From positions 32,001 through 96,000 of the forward strand of contig JAHLWP010000006.1 of the NCBI GenBank assembly GCA_019057865.1: a DNA stretch of 64,000 bases, read 5' to 3'. Position 1 is the first letter of the stretch; every line of letters begins with the position of its first letter. A program made the translations under genes and the position numbers. The stretch is from Promethearchaeota archaeon. GTDB taxonomy: Archaea > Asgardarchaeota > Lokiarchaeia > Sigyniarchaeales > SOKP01. The notes under the pieces were generated by a model. The model saw nothing but the letters and a program-made list of their open reading frames with translations, did no database searches and was not told the DNA's origin. This document shows positions 51,291 to 60,760 of this stretch, in pieces.

Positions 51291-51860
51291 TTATTTTTTA
51301 GGTATTTTAAGTAAATCTGAATCGGTAATAATTCCTATAAATTTATGATTAATATCTTTTACTAATACTGCAGGGTACTTAACAAGTAAATTCGAGATAT
51401 CTTTAATATTCCATTTTTTATCAATTTCCGGAAATAGTAACTCTTTTATAAGAGATACTTCCACATTGAGAAGCTCTGGATTATCAGTTAAATATTTTTG
51501 AATTTTTTTAGAGGTTAAACTTCCTAAATTTTGTTGATTTTCTAAGATTGGAAGTTGAGAGATTTCATGTTTATTCATTAGATCTACTGCTTCCCTTATA
51601 GTCGAGCTAGGTTTGATAGATATAATATTCCGGGTCATAATATCTTCAGCATGTTTCTTTGACTTTTCTCTTATCTTACGTTCATATTCTAGATATTCAT
51701 ATATTCTTTTGATTTTGGAATATGGAGGATCTATCGATCCATTTTCAATCCTAGATATTGTAGATTGTGGAATCTCTAATTTTCTTCCTAGATCTTTTTG
51801 AGTTATACCTAATTTTTTCCTTAAATCTTTAATTTTATCCAAAGAAGGGAGAGTTTCCAT
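51291..51860 (-). CDS. XRE-HTH + CBS-pair regulator (COG3620-like)
   Basis: LGITQKDLG..IPQSTISRIENG; AEDIMT, ISQLPI, GIITDSDLL. Confidence 0.9.
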   Translation of the reverse strand: METLPSLDKIKDLRKKLGITQKDLGRKLEIPQSTISRIENGSIDPPYSKIKRIYEYLEYERKIREKSKKHAEDIMTRNIISIKPSSTIREAVDLMNKHEISQLPILENQQNLGSLTSKKIQKYLTDNPELLNVEVSLIKELLFPEIDKKWNIKDISNLLVKYPAVLVKDINHKFIGIITDSDLLKIPKK

Positions 51861-51875
51861 AGGTAAAAAAAATAT

Positions 51876-51898
51876 TATTATGCTTCTTATGCATAATA
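51876..51898. promoter_or_regulatory. Inverted repeat TATTATGC-N7-GCATAATA, candidate operator
   Basis: Perfect 8-bp arms about 15 nt upstream of the HTH-CBS start, in the divergent gap with mat. Confidence 0.5.
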
Positions 51899-52049
51899 TA
51901 ATTACATAATATTTATAAAAATTATTAATTATAAATGTATATAAAATGAATTTAATCCATTTTTCGTTTAATAATGATTTTAACTGATAATTAATTTAAA
52001 AACATACTTAAACCAAATATTTATTTAAATAAGAAGACGGTTAAATGAA

Positions 52050-53297
52050 ATGTTAAAAATTGAACATTTAGACTCAAAGTTCGCTGTTGAACGCTCTGAA
52101 TTTCCAGAGCTCGTTGAAAGAAAAGGAGTCGGACATCCTGATAGTGTTTGTGATGCTGTAGCCGATGCATGCTCTAGATCGCTATGTGGTTATTATTTGG
52201 AGAATTTCAACCGTGTATATCATCATAATGTAGATAAAGCAGCACTGGTAGGCGGGGTCGCCAAACCAGAGTTTGGTGGCGGATTAATTATCCAACCACA
52301 ATATTTTTTGATTGTCGGAAGAGCTATTAATCAAATAATAACAGAATGTGCTCCGGGAGAATATAAATTAGAATATATCCCCATTGCAACGATTTGTCTT
52401 GAAACCTCGCGTCAAGTTATGGGAAGAATTTTCCGTAATCTTGATTTAAATAAAAATATACAATTTGATACAGCTATTCGACCAGGGTCTACTGATTTAA
52501 CTGGTTTATTTGATGAATCTCATCATACTGAGGAAGTTCCCTTAGCAAATGATACGAGTTTTGGCGTAGGGTATGCCCCTTATTCAGATGTAGAGCGAGT
52601 AACTCTTGAAGCTGAAAGATTAATTAATTCAGATAAATTTAAGGATAAATGTAAAGCTTCTGGTGAAGACGTAAAGGTTATGACTCAAAGGGTTGGAAAT
52701 AACATAGGTATAACCGTAGCAGCAGCTATGATTAGTAAATATACTAATGACATTGGTGAATATGTTAATTATACTAATCAGGTTAAGGATGCTGTTTTAG
52801 ATTTAGCAGCAGATATAATTCCAGAACGCGAAGTTACTTGTCAGGTAAACGTTGCTGATATTTTAGAGAAAAACCTAATTTACTTAACTATAACTGGCAC
52901 TAGTGCTGAATCAGGTGATGATGGGGAGGTAGGACGAGGAAATAGAAGTAATGGTTTAATAACCCCCTGTAGACCGATGAGTTTAGAAGCAGTATGCGGC
53001 AAGAATCCGATTAATCATGTTGGAAAGATTTATAATATCCTTAGTACTAATATGGCAAGAGAAATTCATAAAAGAGGGCAAGGAGATATCATTGAGGTTT
53101 ATGTAAAATTACTCTCTCAAATTGGAAGACCAATTACAGATCCATGGATTAATTCCATCAATTTAATCCCTGCAGAGAATATTAATTTTAGCAGCATTGA
53201 AAAAATTGCTAAAGAAGTTTCGGAAGAGATGCTGAGCAAAGAAAAATTAATGGTATTAAGAAAGCGTCTGATAGAAGGTAAGGAACAAGTATATTAA
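52050..53297 (+). CDS. mat: Archaeal S-adenosylmethionine synthetase
   Basis: [56 protein letters not shown]. Confidence 0.97.
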   Translation: MLKIEHLDSKFAVERSEFPELVERKGVGHPDSVCDAVADACSRSLCGYYLENFNRVYHHNVDKAALVGGVAKPEFGGGLIIQPQYFLIVGRAINQIITECAPGEYKLEYIPIATICLETSRQVMGRIFRNLDLNKNIQFDTAIRPGSTDLTGLFDESHHTEEVPLANDTSFGVGYAPYSDVERVTLEAERLINSDKFKDKCKASGEDVKVMTQRVGNNIGITVAAAMISKYTNDIGEYVNYTNQVKDAVLDLAADIIPEREVTCQVNVADILEKNLIYLTITGTSAESGDDGEVGRGNRSNGLITPCRPMSLEAVCGKNPINHVGKIYNILSTNMAREIHKRGQGDIIEVYVKLLSQIGRPITDPWINSINLIPAENINFSSIEKIAKEVSEEMLSKEKLMVLRKRLIEGKEQVY

Positions 53298-53454
53298 AAT
53301 AGATTTTTCATTAGAGCTTTTTTATTTTTTTTCTATTTTTATTAGTTAATATATTATGAGTTCAGAATAAAGATAGATTCAAAATTAATAAAAAAAATAT
53401 ATTAATAGAATTAATTCGAATTCAAAAATAAGATAGAGTTAAGGTGATAAAAAT

Positions 53455-53745
53455 TTGGGTTTAGATAAATGGCTCAAACCAGAGGAAGAGGTAAAGAAGA
53501 AAAGGAGAGAAAAAAAAGATGAAGATAATTCGTTACAGAGGGTTTCTAAACCCAAAAAAGAAAAGAATGATACAAATGCACGGAAATCAGTTGAAAATAC
53601 AATAAAAAGGTTATCCAAATTTGAACTCGTTTGTTCAAATAGAAAATGTAAATACAAAAAAACAATTATGAAAAAACTACTCACGGAAAAGGATAAAACT
53701 TGTCCGAGATGTAGTGGCGTGATGAAAGTTCAAAAACTTAATTGA
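53455..53745 (+). CDS. Small basic Zn-ribbon protein
   Basis: GGTGA RBS, TTG start, CSNRKC..CPRCSG. Confidence 0.75.
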   Translation: MGLDKWLKPEEEVKKKRREKKDEDNSLQRVSKPKKEKNDTNARKSVENTIKRLSKFELVCSNRKCKYKKTIMKKLLTEKDKTCPRCSGVMKVQKLN

Positions 53746-53759
53746 AAAAAAGTCTTCTT

Positions 53760-53987
53760 CTAACTTTCAGGGAGGTTTTTTAAATCAAAAACTGATTCGC
53801 AATTGGGACATGTGTTTGGTTTCTTGCTATATTTTAAAACAAAGTAAATTATAAAGCCCAAACCTAAGGTTAGGATGACGAGGAAGCATAAAACTTCATG
53901 ATAAATGTGTTGAAAATTCGGTCGCCGTAAAACAACCTCTCTCTCGCATGTTGGGCAATAAACAGTTTTTTTCCCCGTATTGATCAA
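53760..53987 (-). CDS. LITAF-like Zn-knuckle membrane protein
   Basis: CPTC - hydrophobic helix - CPNC. Confidence 0.65.
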   Translation of the reverse strand: MINTGKKTVYCPTCEREVVLRRPNFQHIYHEVLCFLVILTLGLGFIIYFVLKYSKKPNTCPNCESVFDLKNLPES

Positions 53988-54035
53988 CTACTGTAATTGA
54001 GTTTTTAATATTAAATTATATTTATCAAAATTTAA

Positions 54036-54827
54036 TTATTTTTTGTCGAGATTAAAATCGTATTCAATCTTTTTCATTTTTTTTGCTGGTCTTCCAATGT
54101 GTATAAATTTTGGCTCAAGATATTGATTAACTTGTGTATAACTTCCCATCCCTAAAATTGCTCCTTCTCCTACTATAGTTCCTGGAGAGATAACACTAAA
54201 TGCACCAATTGTGCAACCATCTTTTAGGATAACCTTTTTTAGGAGTAGAAAATCATCAAAAATCATCGAGCTCATAATAATAGAGCCTTCCCCTAAAATA
54301 GTATTCTCACCAATTTCTACGAAATCTGAATCAATATAACTATCTAATAAACCTGTATTATATGATACTTTTATATTGCAGATTTTAAGAGCAAATATTT
54401 TTATCCAAGGTAATGGAAAGTAGTTATAAGCCTTTAAAACAAATTTTTTTATTGTTTTTCTTAAAATAAAGAATAAATAGTCTTTATCCCTAAAGTTTCT
54501 TTTAAAAATTCCCTCTCTTGGACGGTGGATTAAATTTATAAGAATTAAAAGTAATTTGGAATAAAAAAGAAGAAATACTAAGAAAAGTCCAAAATAAAGA
54601 ATAATTAATATGGGTAAGAAGCACATTACTCCTATTGGAGTGAGCCAAATTGAAAATAAATTAAAAAAAAATTGAAATAATAAAATTGTAGGAAAAACTG
54701 AAAGCCATATCAAAATAATATAGATCCAAGAAAACCAATTCTCGTTTAAAGAATTGTTTGTTATAATAATACTCCTAATTTCTGTATTATAATCTGCATT
54801 ATCCCTTAAAAATTCATTAGGTTTCAT
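54036..54827 (-). CDS. Membrane protein with left-handed beta-helix (acyltransferase-like), one module
   Basis: 2 TM, HRPREG.F, hexapeptide repeats IGENTILGEGS, IGAFSVISPG, GRPAK. Confidence 0.85.
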   Translation of the reverse strand: MKPNEFLRDNADYNTEIRSIIITNNSLNENWFSWIYIILIWLSVFPTILLFQFFFNLFSIWLTPIGVMCFLPILIILYFGLFLVFLLFYSKLLLILINLIHRPREGIFKRNFRDKDYLFFILRKTIKKFVLKAYNYFPLPWIKIFALKICNIKVSYNTGLLDSYIDSDFVEIGENTILGEGSIIMSSMIFDDFLLLKKVILKDGCTIGAFSVISPGTIVGEGAILGMGSYTQVNQYLEPKFIHIGRPAKKMKKIEYDFNLDKK

Positions 54828-54828
54828 T

Positions 54829-56403
54829 TTAATTTAATTTTAATTTATCTATATTGAAATTCATTATTTTAATTAGTTCATTTTTAGAAAGTTTATTTAG
54901 CGGCGCTCCATAATATAGAGAATTTGAACTTAATTTAGCATTTTTAGCCGTAACTGATAATGGGAGCAAGAATACATTGTTTTCAATTTGAGACCCTGGA
55001 GCGATACAGCAGCAATCTGAAATGACCACATTATCTTTTATATTTATACCTTTTATGGTTAAATATTTATCCCAAAGATGGTTTTCAATTAAACATCTTC
55101 CAAGATATGTATTATTACCTACATCTAATAATTCTTTTGCTATATATGAGTCCTCTATTACTGTATTTCTTCCAAAGTTACAATTACCAATGAAATTAAA
55201 GCCTGATCTTAATAACCAAGGAAAAGGACTTCTTTGTAATTTCCATTTAACATATCGTAGTAAAAATGAACGAATAAAATAATTACTATACTCTTTATTT
55301 TTTCTATTCCAGTGATAAACACCTTCTTTGATTGGAGTTTTACGCTGAATTAAATTATATATGATTTTTGATAATAATATTAAAATTGATAAGTTAATTA
55401 TATAGAAAACAATAAATATTAAAGGGGTGATTAGAAGAATAAGTAATGAGGGAAAGGAGCTAAAGATATGAATAAAATTAGGTGTTTGCAGAATATATGG
55501 AATAAAAAATTGAAGGTTATAATATATAATTCCGAAAATGGGAATACAATAAGAAATAAAATAAATAAAGGCAATGATCAGTAAGTTGTAATAAAAATTC
55601 TTTACAAATTTTCCTCCTTGAGTGTCTATATTTTTAAGATTATGAGTAAATGTATTATTTTGATTGTTGTTTTTATTAAAAACTGTGTTTCTTAAATTTT
55701 GATATAAGTTTTTTGATTTATTATCTAATTTTTCAATAGTATTGTCTATATAGAAAGAATTTGGTCCTATTTTTTGATTATACTTTGTTATAGACATCGC
55801 TTCTATAGTTGTATTCTTATCTACTTGAGTTCCTGGAGTAATAAATGAATTTGAACCAACTATTACATTATCTTTAATTTTTACTTTCTTAATAATTAAA
55901 TAATTTCCTAAAATTACACTGGCTTTAATGGAACTTCCTTTACCAATAAAAATATTTTTCCCTAGTTCGATGAATTCCGAGTCATTATCGAACCACTTGT
56001 AATTAAGCTTTTCCACAAATGGTAAAGGGATGAATTGTGATACCCATACAGGCCATTTTTTTACCACGGCCCTTAAACTCCAAAAATAATAATCTTTATT
56101 CCTTTTATTTCTTTCAAAGATACCTTCCTTAGGTTTATGAATGAGATTTATTATAACTAGAAAGATTTTTGCTAATATAATGGAGCTCAAAACTAAAATT
56201 ATATAACCTAAATAAATCTGAATTGGAAACAGTAAAAGTAATAGAAAATAGTTCTTCTCAACTAATTTCCAAAAAAAATAAAACTCTAATATTGTAGGTA
56301 TTACTGAGCCCCAAATAATTAAAATATAGATAATTAAAAATTTCTTAGAAGCTAAAGTATTCGTGGTGAATGGTCCATGGTGAATTGAGACAGGAATGGA
56401 CAA
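54829..56403 (-). CDS. Membrane protein with two TM-TM-LbH modules
   Basis: HKPKEG / PIKEG repeats, hexapeptide repeats, YYGAP. Confidence 0.85.
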   Translation of the reverse strand: MSIPVSIHHGPFTTNTLASKKFLIIYILIIWGSVIPTILEFYFFWKLVEKNYFLLLLLFPIQIYLGYIILVLSSIILAKIFLVIINLIHKPKEGIFERNKRNKDYYFWSLRAVVKKWPVWVSQFIPLPFVEKLNYKWFDNDSEFIELGKNIFIGKGSSIKASVILGNYLIIKKVKIKDNVIVGSNSFITPGTQVDKNTTIEAMSITKYNQKIGPNSFYIDNTIEKLDNKSKNLYQNLRNTVFNKNNNQNNTFTHNLKNIDTQGGKFVKNFYYNLLIIAFIYFISYCIPIFGIIYYNLQFFIPYILQTPNFIHIFSSFPSLLILLITPLIFIVFYIINLSILILLSKIIYNLIQRKTPIKEGVYHWNRKNKEYSNYFIRSFLLRYVKWKLQRSPFPWLLRSGFNFIGNCNFGRNTVIEDSYIAKELLDVGNNTYLGRCLIENHLWDKYLTIKGINIKDNVVISDCCCIAPGSQIENNVFLLPLSVTAKNAKLSSNSLYYGAPLNKLSKNELIKIMNFNIDKLKLN

Positions 56404-56505
56404 TGTTTTGTTATATTGCGATATTAAATTGTAAAATTAGTATATTCTTTAACAATTAAAGTTTATTCATAGATCAATTAAATTTAATCATAAAATACAA
56501 AGAAA

Positions 56506-56661
56506 TTATTTAAATTCTCGAAATTCAGGTTTTTCTTTCGGTTCTTTCTTTTTCTTTTCCCCAGATATTAAAATATTCCATGTACTATTTACACCTAATT
56601 CTTTTAATTTTTTACGTTCTTCTTCTAAATCCTCATCTTGTTCTATTTCTTCTTCACTCAT
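56506..56661 (-). CDS. Small charged protein (51 aa)
   Basis: MSEEEIEQDEDLEEERKKLKELGVNSTWNILISGEKKKKEPKEKPEFREFK; below the ORF-track size cutoff. Confidence 0.55.
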   Translation of the reverse strand: MSEEEIEQDEDLEEERKKLKELGVNSTWNILISGEKKKKEPKEKPEFREFK

Positions 56662-56858
56662 TATTAGCACTCAAATAAATTATAAATTATTCATCTTATT
56701 AATTTATTTTATAAAGTTTAATATTTATTCGTTTTGAAAAATAAAGCTAAAAATAAAATTATTGAGGGAAGATTCTAAATAAAATTTTATATCATTACTT
56801 TTTTTATTTTATAAATTATTAAATATTTGAAAAGTATCTATTTTAAGAGGTCTAACTA

Positions 56859-57851
56859 ATGCCTAAATGTTACCATTGCGGAGAGGAAATCCTTGAAAGG
56901 GAAATTTTCCAATGCAGCAAATGTGGTCAAAATTATTGCTCTTTGCATAGAGATCCTATAAATCATGAATGTAATATTGTAAAAGAGAATTTAAATTTAC
57001 AAAGATTTCAACCACCAACTCCATCTTATGTCGATAGCTCTCAACTATCATCAACTACACAACAAAATATGTATCAGCAACATTTAACTCAAGAAGAAAT
57101 GCGTGGAACAACAGATGGGACATATACATGGTATCGTCAAGAGATTCTTGTTCCTGAAAATGCTTTTGATCCAGATTCAGGTATTCAATTCAAGGGAATT
57201 CTATTTCCTCATAAATCAGAATTTTTGCATCTATTAATTGGGGCGTCGCTTATTTTTATCATAGGCTTAATCACGTTCTATGACAGAGCCTTGATAGATT
57301 TAAATCTAACATGGACAATATTTATGTTAGCTAGCTTTTATATGACTGCTTTTCTTTTTCATGAATTTGGTCATCGTCAAGTAGCCATACATTTTGGTCT
57401 TCAAACAAAATTCAGATTGTTAACTTTTGGAATGCTAATTACATTATTTGGTCTAGTCTCTGGCATAATATCATTGGTAGGTGGAGTGACAGGCCTACCA
57501 GCTTTAGCGCTTCCAGGAGCTGTTGTAGTTCTGGGATTAGATAAAATAGATAGAACAACAGGGCTATGCAAAGCAGCAGGTCCTATTGTTAATCTTGTAT
57601 ATGGTTCTATACTGCTAGTGATATCTTTTATAATTCCAAGAGATTTATATCCATTAAATAATCTAATTGGTGTTGCTGCATACTTAAATTTTTGGCTAGG
57701 TTTGTTTAACATGATTCCGATTGGAATTTTAGATGGACAAAATATCTGGAAATGGAATAAGAAAATATTTTTAATCTTATTCGCATCATTATTAATATTA
57801 TTAATAGTGACACATGTGAATATTTACGTTACTAATCCTTATATCCCATAA
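56859..57851 (+). CDS. AN1-type Zn finger + M50 (site-2) membrane metalloprotease
   Basis: CYHC..CSKC..YC..H....HEC; HEFGH; AAGP; FNMIP...LDG. Confidence 0.9.
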   Translation: MPKCYHCGEEILEREIFQCSKCGQNYCSLHRDPINHECNIVKENLNLQRFQPPTPSYVDSSQLSSTTQQNMYQQHLTQEEMRGTTDGTYTWYRQEILVPENAFDPDSGIQFKGILFPHKSEFLHLLIGASLIFIIGLITFYDRALIDLNLTWTIFMLASFYMTAFLFHEFGHRQVAIHFGLQTKFRLLTFGMLITLFGLVSGIISLVGGVTGLPALALPGAVVVLGLDKIDRTTGLCKAAGPIVNLVYGSILLVISFIIPRDLYPLNNLIGVAAYLNFWLGLFNMIPIGILDGQNIWKWNKKIFLILFASLLILLIVTHVNIYVTNPYIP

Positions 57852-58026
57852 GAATTTAATTTTTTTAAGTTTTTAAACAAAATAAATCAATAAAAATGGT
57901 TCAAATATATTTTGAAAGCAAAAAATTATGAATGATAAAAATTTTAAATTAGTATACTTTGTAAAATTTATTCAACTCAATCAAAATTTTCGATTAAAAC
58001 CTTTTGAATAATTATAGGGAAGAAAA

Positions 58027-58974
58027 GTGACGTATTGTGAATTTTGTGGGGAGCAGATTAGCTATCTACCATTTACTTGCAAATTTTGTAGGGGAACTTT
58101 TTGTAAAAAACATCGTTTACCAGAGAATCATCAATGCACTTTTGAATTAAAACATGTTCCAGTTGTGCCAACCACTCCAAGAGAATCACAGAAACGTTAT
58201 CCAGATCTTGCTGTAAAAAAGCCTGCTACTCAAGAATATTTAACTAAAGGTCCTAGAGTATTAAAAAAATACTTAAAACGGCAAGATAAACAAAGAAGGC
58301 AAGCAATGAGAAGTCATAGAGAATCGTATAGAGGAGCTCCTCAATATAATTACACTAAAATATTGTTTGCGATGATTATTCTTTTTTCGATTATTGGTTT
58401 AGTTTTTTTATCTAGTGAACGAGCACAATATATGTATTTTAGTTTACCAGGGCTTATCTATAATTATACATATCACACCTTTTTCACAGCGCTTCTCGTA
58501 AGTTCTACAGATTTTTTTGGGTTGTTCTTTTTATTCATAATGCTAATTTTTTTATACTTTATGGCTAGAAGAATTGAATTAAATCATGGGTGGAAGTTTT
58601 TAATAAAACTTTATGTTGTATGTTGTTTATTTTCAGCATTATTCTTTGTTTTATTAAGATTGGCATTAATAAATTATGCTCCTTTAGACATTTATTATAG
58701 ATGGGAATATTTTGGATTTGCTTGGGGAGGAATATATGGTTTAATTTCCTATTCAATTTTTCCAATAATGAATAAAAAAATTACAGCATTAATGACATTT
58801 ATTCCATTTAGAATGAGAGGAAGATCCTTTTTATTAATGATAATATTAATAAGACTAATACCCGGATTATTATTTGCTTTATACTCCCCCATATACTTGT
58901 TGTTTTATTTACCTGAATTAGGGGGAATTTTAGGCGCTTATATTATATATAAATATCAATTTAGACGGATATAA
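58027..58974 (+). CDS. AN1-type Zn finger + catalytically inactive rhomboid-fold (Derlin-like) protein
   Basis: CEFC..CKFC..FC.KHRLPENHQC; YHTFFTA, IE...G...LIKLY; GFAWGG in place of GASG, PELGG in place of HLGG. Confidence 0.8.
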   Translation: MTYCEFCGEQISYLPFTCKFCRGTFCKKHRLPENHQCTFELKHVPVVPTTPRESQKRYPDLAVKKPATQEYLTKGPRVLKKYLKRQDKQRRQAMRSHRESYRGAPQYNYTKILFAMIILFSIIGLVFLSSERAQYMYFSLPGLIYNYTYHTFFTALLVSSTDFFGLFFLFIMLIFLYFMARRIELNHGWKFLIKLYVVCCLFSALFFVLLRLALINYAPLDIYYRWEYFGFAWGGIYGLISYSIFPIMNKKITALMTFIPFRMRGRSFLLMIILIRLIPGLLFALYSPIYLLFYLPELGGILGAYIIYKYQFRRI

Positions 58975-59072
58975 AATTATAACTCAGTCGATAATTATAA
59001 TCCATAAAAATTATCAAGGAATCTACTTTTTTTTCAATAATCTTTTTTAAAAAAATATTTCAAATTCTTAAA

Positions 59073-59729
59073 ATGTCTAAAGAGCACAGTTCTAAAATTA
59101 TTGAGTTAAATGAGGATTTAATTGAAAATAACGATAGGTTAGCTGCACAAAATAGTAAATTATTAAGAAAGAAAAATATAAGAGCGTTTGACTTTGTGGG
59201 TGCTATCGGAGCAGGCAAAACAGCAATTATAGAATCAATTGTAGAAAGAATCTCAAATGAGTATAAAGTTTTAGTTATAAATGGTGATGTTACTACAAGA
59301 ATAGATGCCGACAGGATTGAACAGCATGGTGTAAAAACGATCCAAATTAATACTGGTAGAGAATGTGCCTTAAATTCATATCATATCTCTCAAGTAATAA
59401 ATCACTATGATTTAAGTGAAATTGACATTTTATTTATTGAAAACGTTGGAAATTTGATCTGTCCATCTGATTTTATTTTAGGAACAGAAAAAAGAATTAT
59501 TATCGTATCGATTACTGAGGGTGAATGGGTAATTGAAAAACATCCAATGCTTTTTAAGATGTCAGATATAGCAGTTATAAATAAAATTGATTTAATAGAT
59601 GTAATGGATGTAAATATTGAAAAAATGGTTAAGGATGGACTAAAAATTAATCCAAATCTCAAAATTTTTACTACAAGTGCTACAACTAGTGAGAACATTT
59701 CTGAACTTATAAATGCAATTTTAGATTAA
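59073..59729 (+). CDS. hypB: Hydrogenase nickel-incorporation GTPase HypB
   Basis: GAIGAGKT, GD...DA.R, QINTG.EC, ENVGNLICP, TEG, NKIDL. Confidence 0.92.
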   Translation: MSKEHSSKIIELNEDLIENNDRLAAQNSKLLRKKNIRAFDFVGAIGAGKTAIIESIVERISNEYKVLVINGDVTTRIDADRIEQHGVKTIQINTGRECALNSYHISQVINHYDLSEIDILFIENVGNLICPSDFILGTEKRIIIVSITEGEWVIEKHPMLFKMSDIAVINKIDLIDVMDVNIEKMVKDGLKINPNLKIFTTSATTSENISELINAILD

Positions 59730-59793
59730 TAGAATTAAGAATAAAAACAAAAGAAAATAATAATATTATTAAAGAAAAAAGTTCTGGTGTAAA

Positions 59794-60222
59794 ATGGCAA
59801 TTAGACAATATAATACAGAATTAGGATCATTAATAGATAAGATTGTAAAAGTATATCTTGATAAAGACAAATTCTTTGTCGGTCAATTAAAAGGAATTTC
59901 TGATGATTCAAACCTTATCCTTATCAATGCTAAAAATGAAAAAAATAAACCCTTTCCAAAGATATTTATAAGAAATTCATTTTATAATTTTGTAAGTTTA
60001 GAAGAAGAACCTTTCCCTATGAAAGCATTGGCAGACAGAATTGCTACAATTTTTTCAAAAGGGCATGTGAATTATATTGAAGATCAGAACATAATTTCAA
60101 TTCTAAATGGAAAGATTATCGTTGATGAAAATGAAGTAAGAGGTACTGGTCCATCAGCAGAGCGAGTTAAAAAAATTTTCCAGCAATTTAAAATGGATCT
60201 TGAAAGTCCTAATGAGGAATAA
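59794..60222 (+). CDS. Augmented Sm-like protein (SmAP3-type Lsm)
   Basis: Sm1 (V.V.L....FVGQLKGI...NLIL), Sm2 (IFIRNS), C-terminal extension GTGPSAERV. Confidence 0.82.
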   Translation: MAIRQYNTELGSLIDKIVKVYLDKDKFFVGQLKGISDDSNLILINAKNEKNKPFPKIFIRNSFYNFVSLEEEPFPMKALADRIATIFSKGHVNYIEDQNIISILNGKIIVDENEVRGTGPSAERVKKIFQQFKMDLESPNEE

Positions 60223-60257
60223 CTTTCTTTTATTTTTTTAATCTATAATAATTTATA

Positions 60258-60749
60258 TTACTCAAAAATTCTTAAGAGATTCTTTAATTGTAGATTTTGG
60301 ACAATATTCTTCAGTAAAGCTTTTCCTAACGGTGTTACCTTAATGATGCCTAAATTCTCAAATTCTCTTATATAATCATTATCAATTAAAAATTTTATAT
60401 CTGAATTCCAGACTTTGCCAAAAATTTCTTTTAAATCATATATTTTAATATTTTCATCAACTTCTTTGCTAAGAGCAAGAATTAACGCTAAGGTACCATA
60501 TTGAGATGGTGTTATATTATCATCTTTCCCATAAGATGTTAATATATAATAATTTTGATCCAAAAATTTGGATGTGATTAACTCAAATCCTACATTTTTT
60601 AAATTCAAATAAACTTTACTAATAATATTTTTGAATTCAAAACTCTTACATAAATTCCTTAAATCTTCCTCTCTAATCATTTTTTGTGGATTGGTTAAAA
60701 TAATTCTTGAAATATTTTGTACTACTTCTTCAATATTGGTTGCTTCCAT
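60258..60749 (-). CDS. Tandem winged-helix protein, KITE (MAGE/Nse3/ScpB)-like
   Basis: FKNIISKVYLNLKNVGFELI....YYILT...YGTLALIL...IKVTPLGK. Confidence 0.6.
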   Translation of the reverse strand: MEATNIEEVVQNISRIILTNPQKMIREEDLRNLCKSFEFKNIISKVYLNLKNVGFELITSKFLDQNYYILTSYGKDDNITPSQYGTLALILALSKEVDENIKIYDLKEIFGKVWNSDIKFLIDNDYIREFENLGIIKVTPLGKALLKNIVQNLQLKNLLRIFE

Positions 60750-60760
60750 AATTTAATTTA

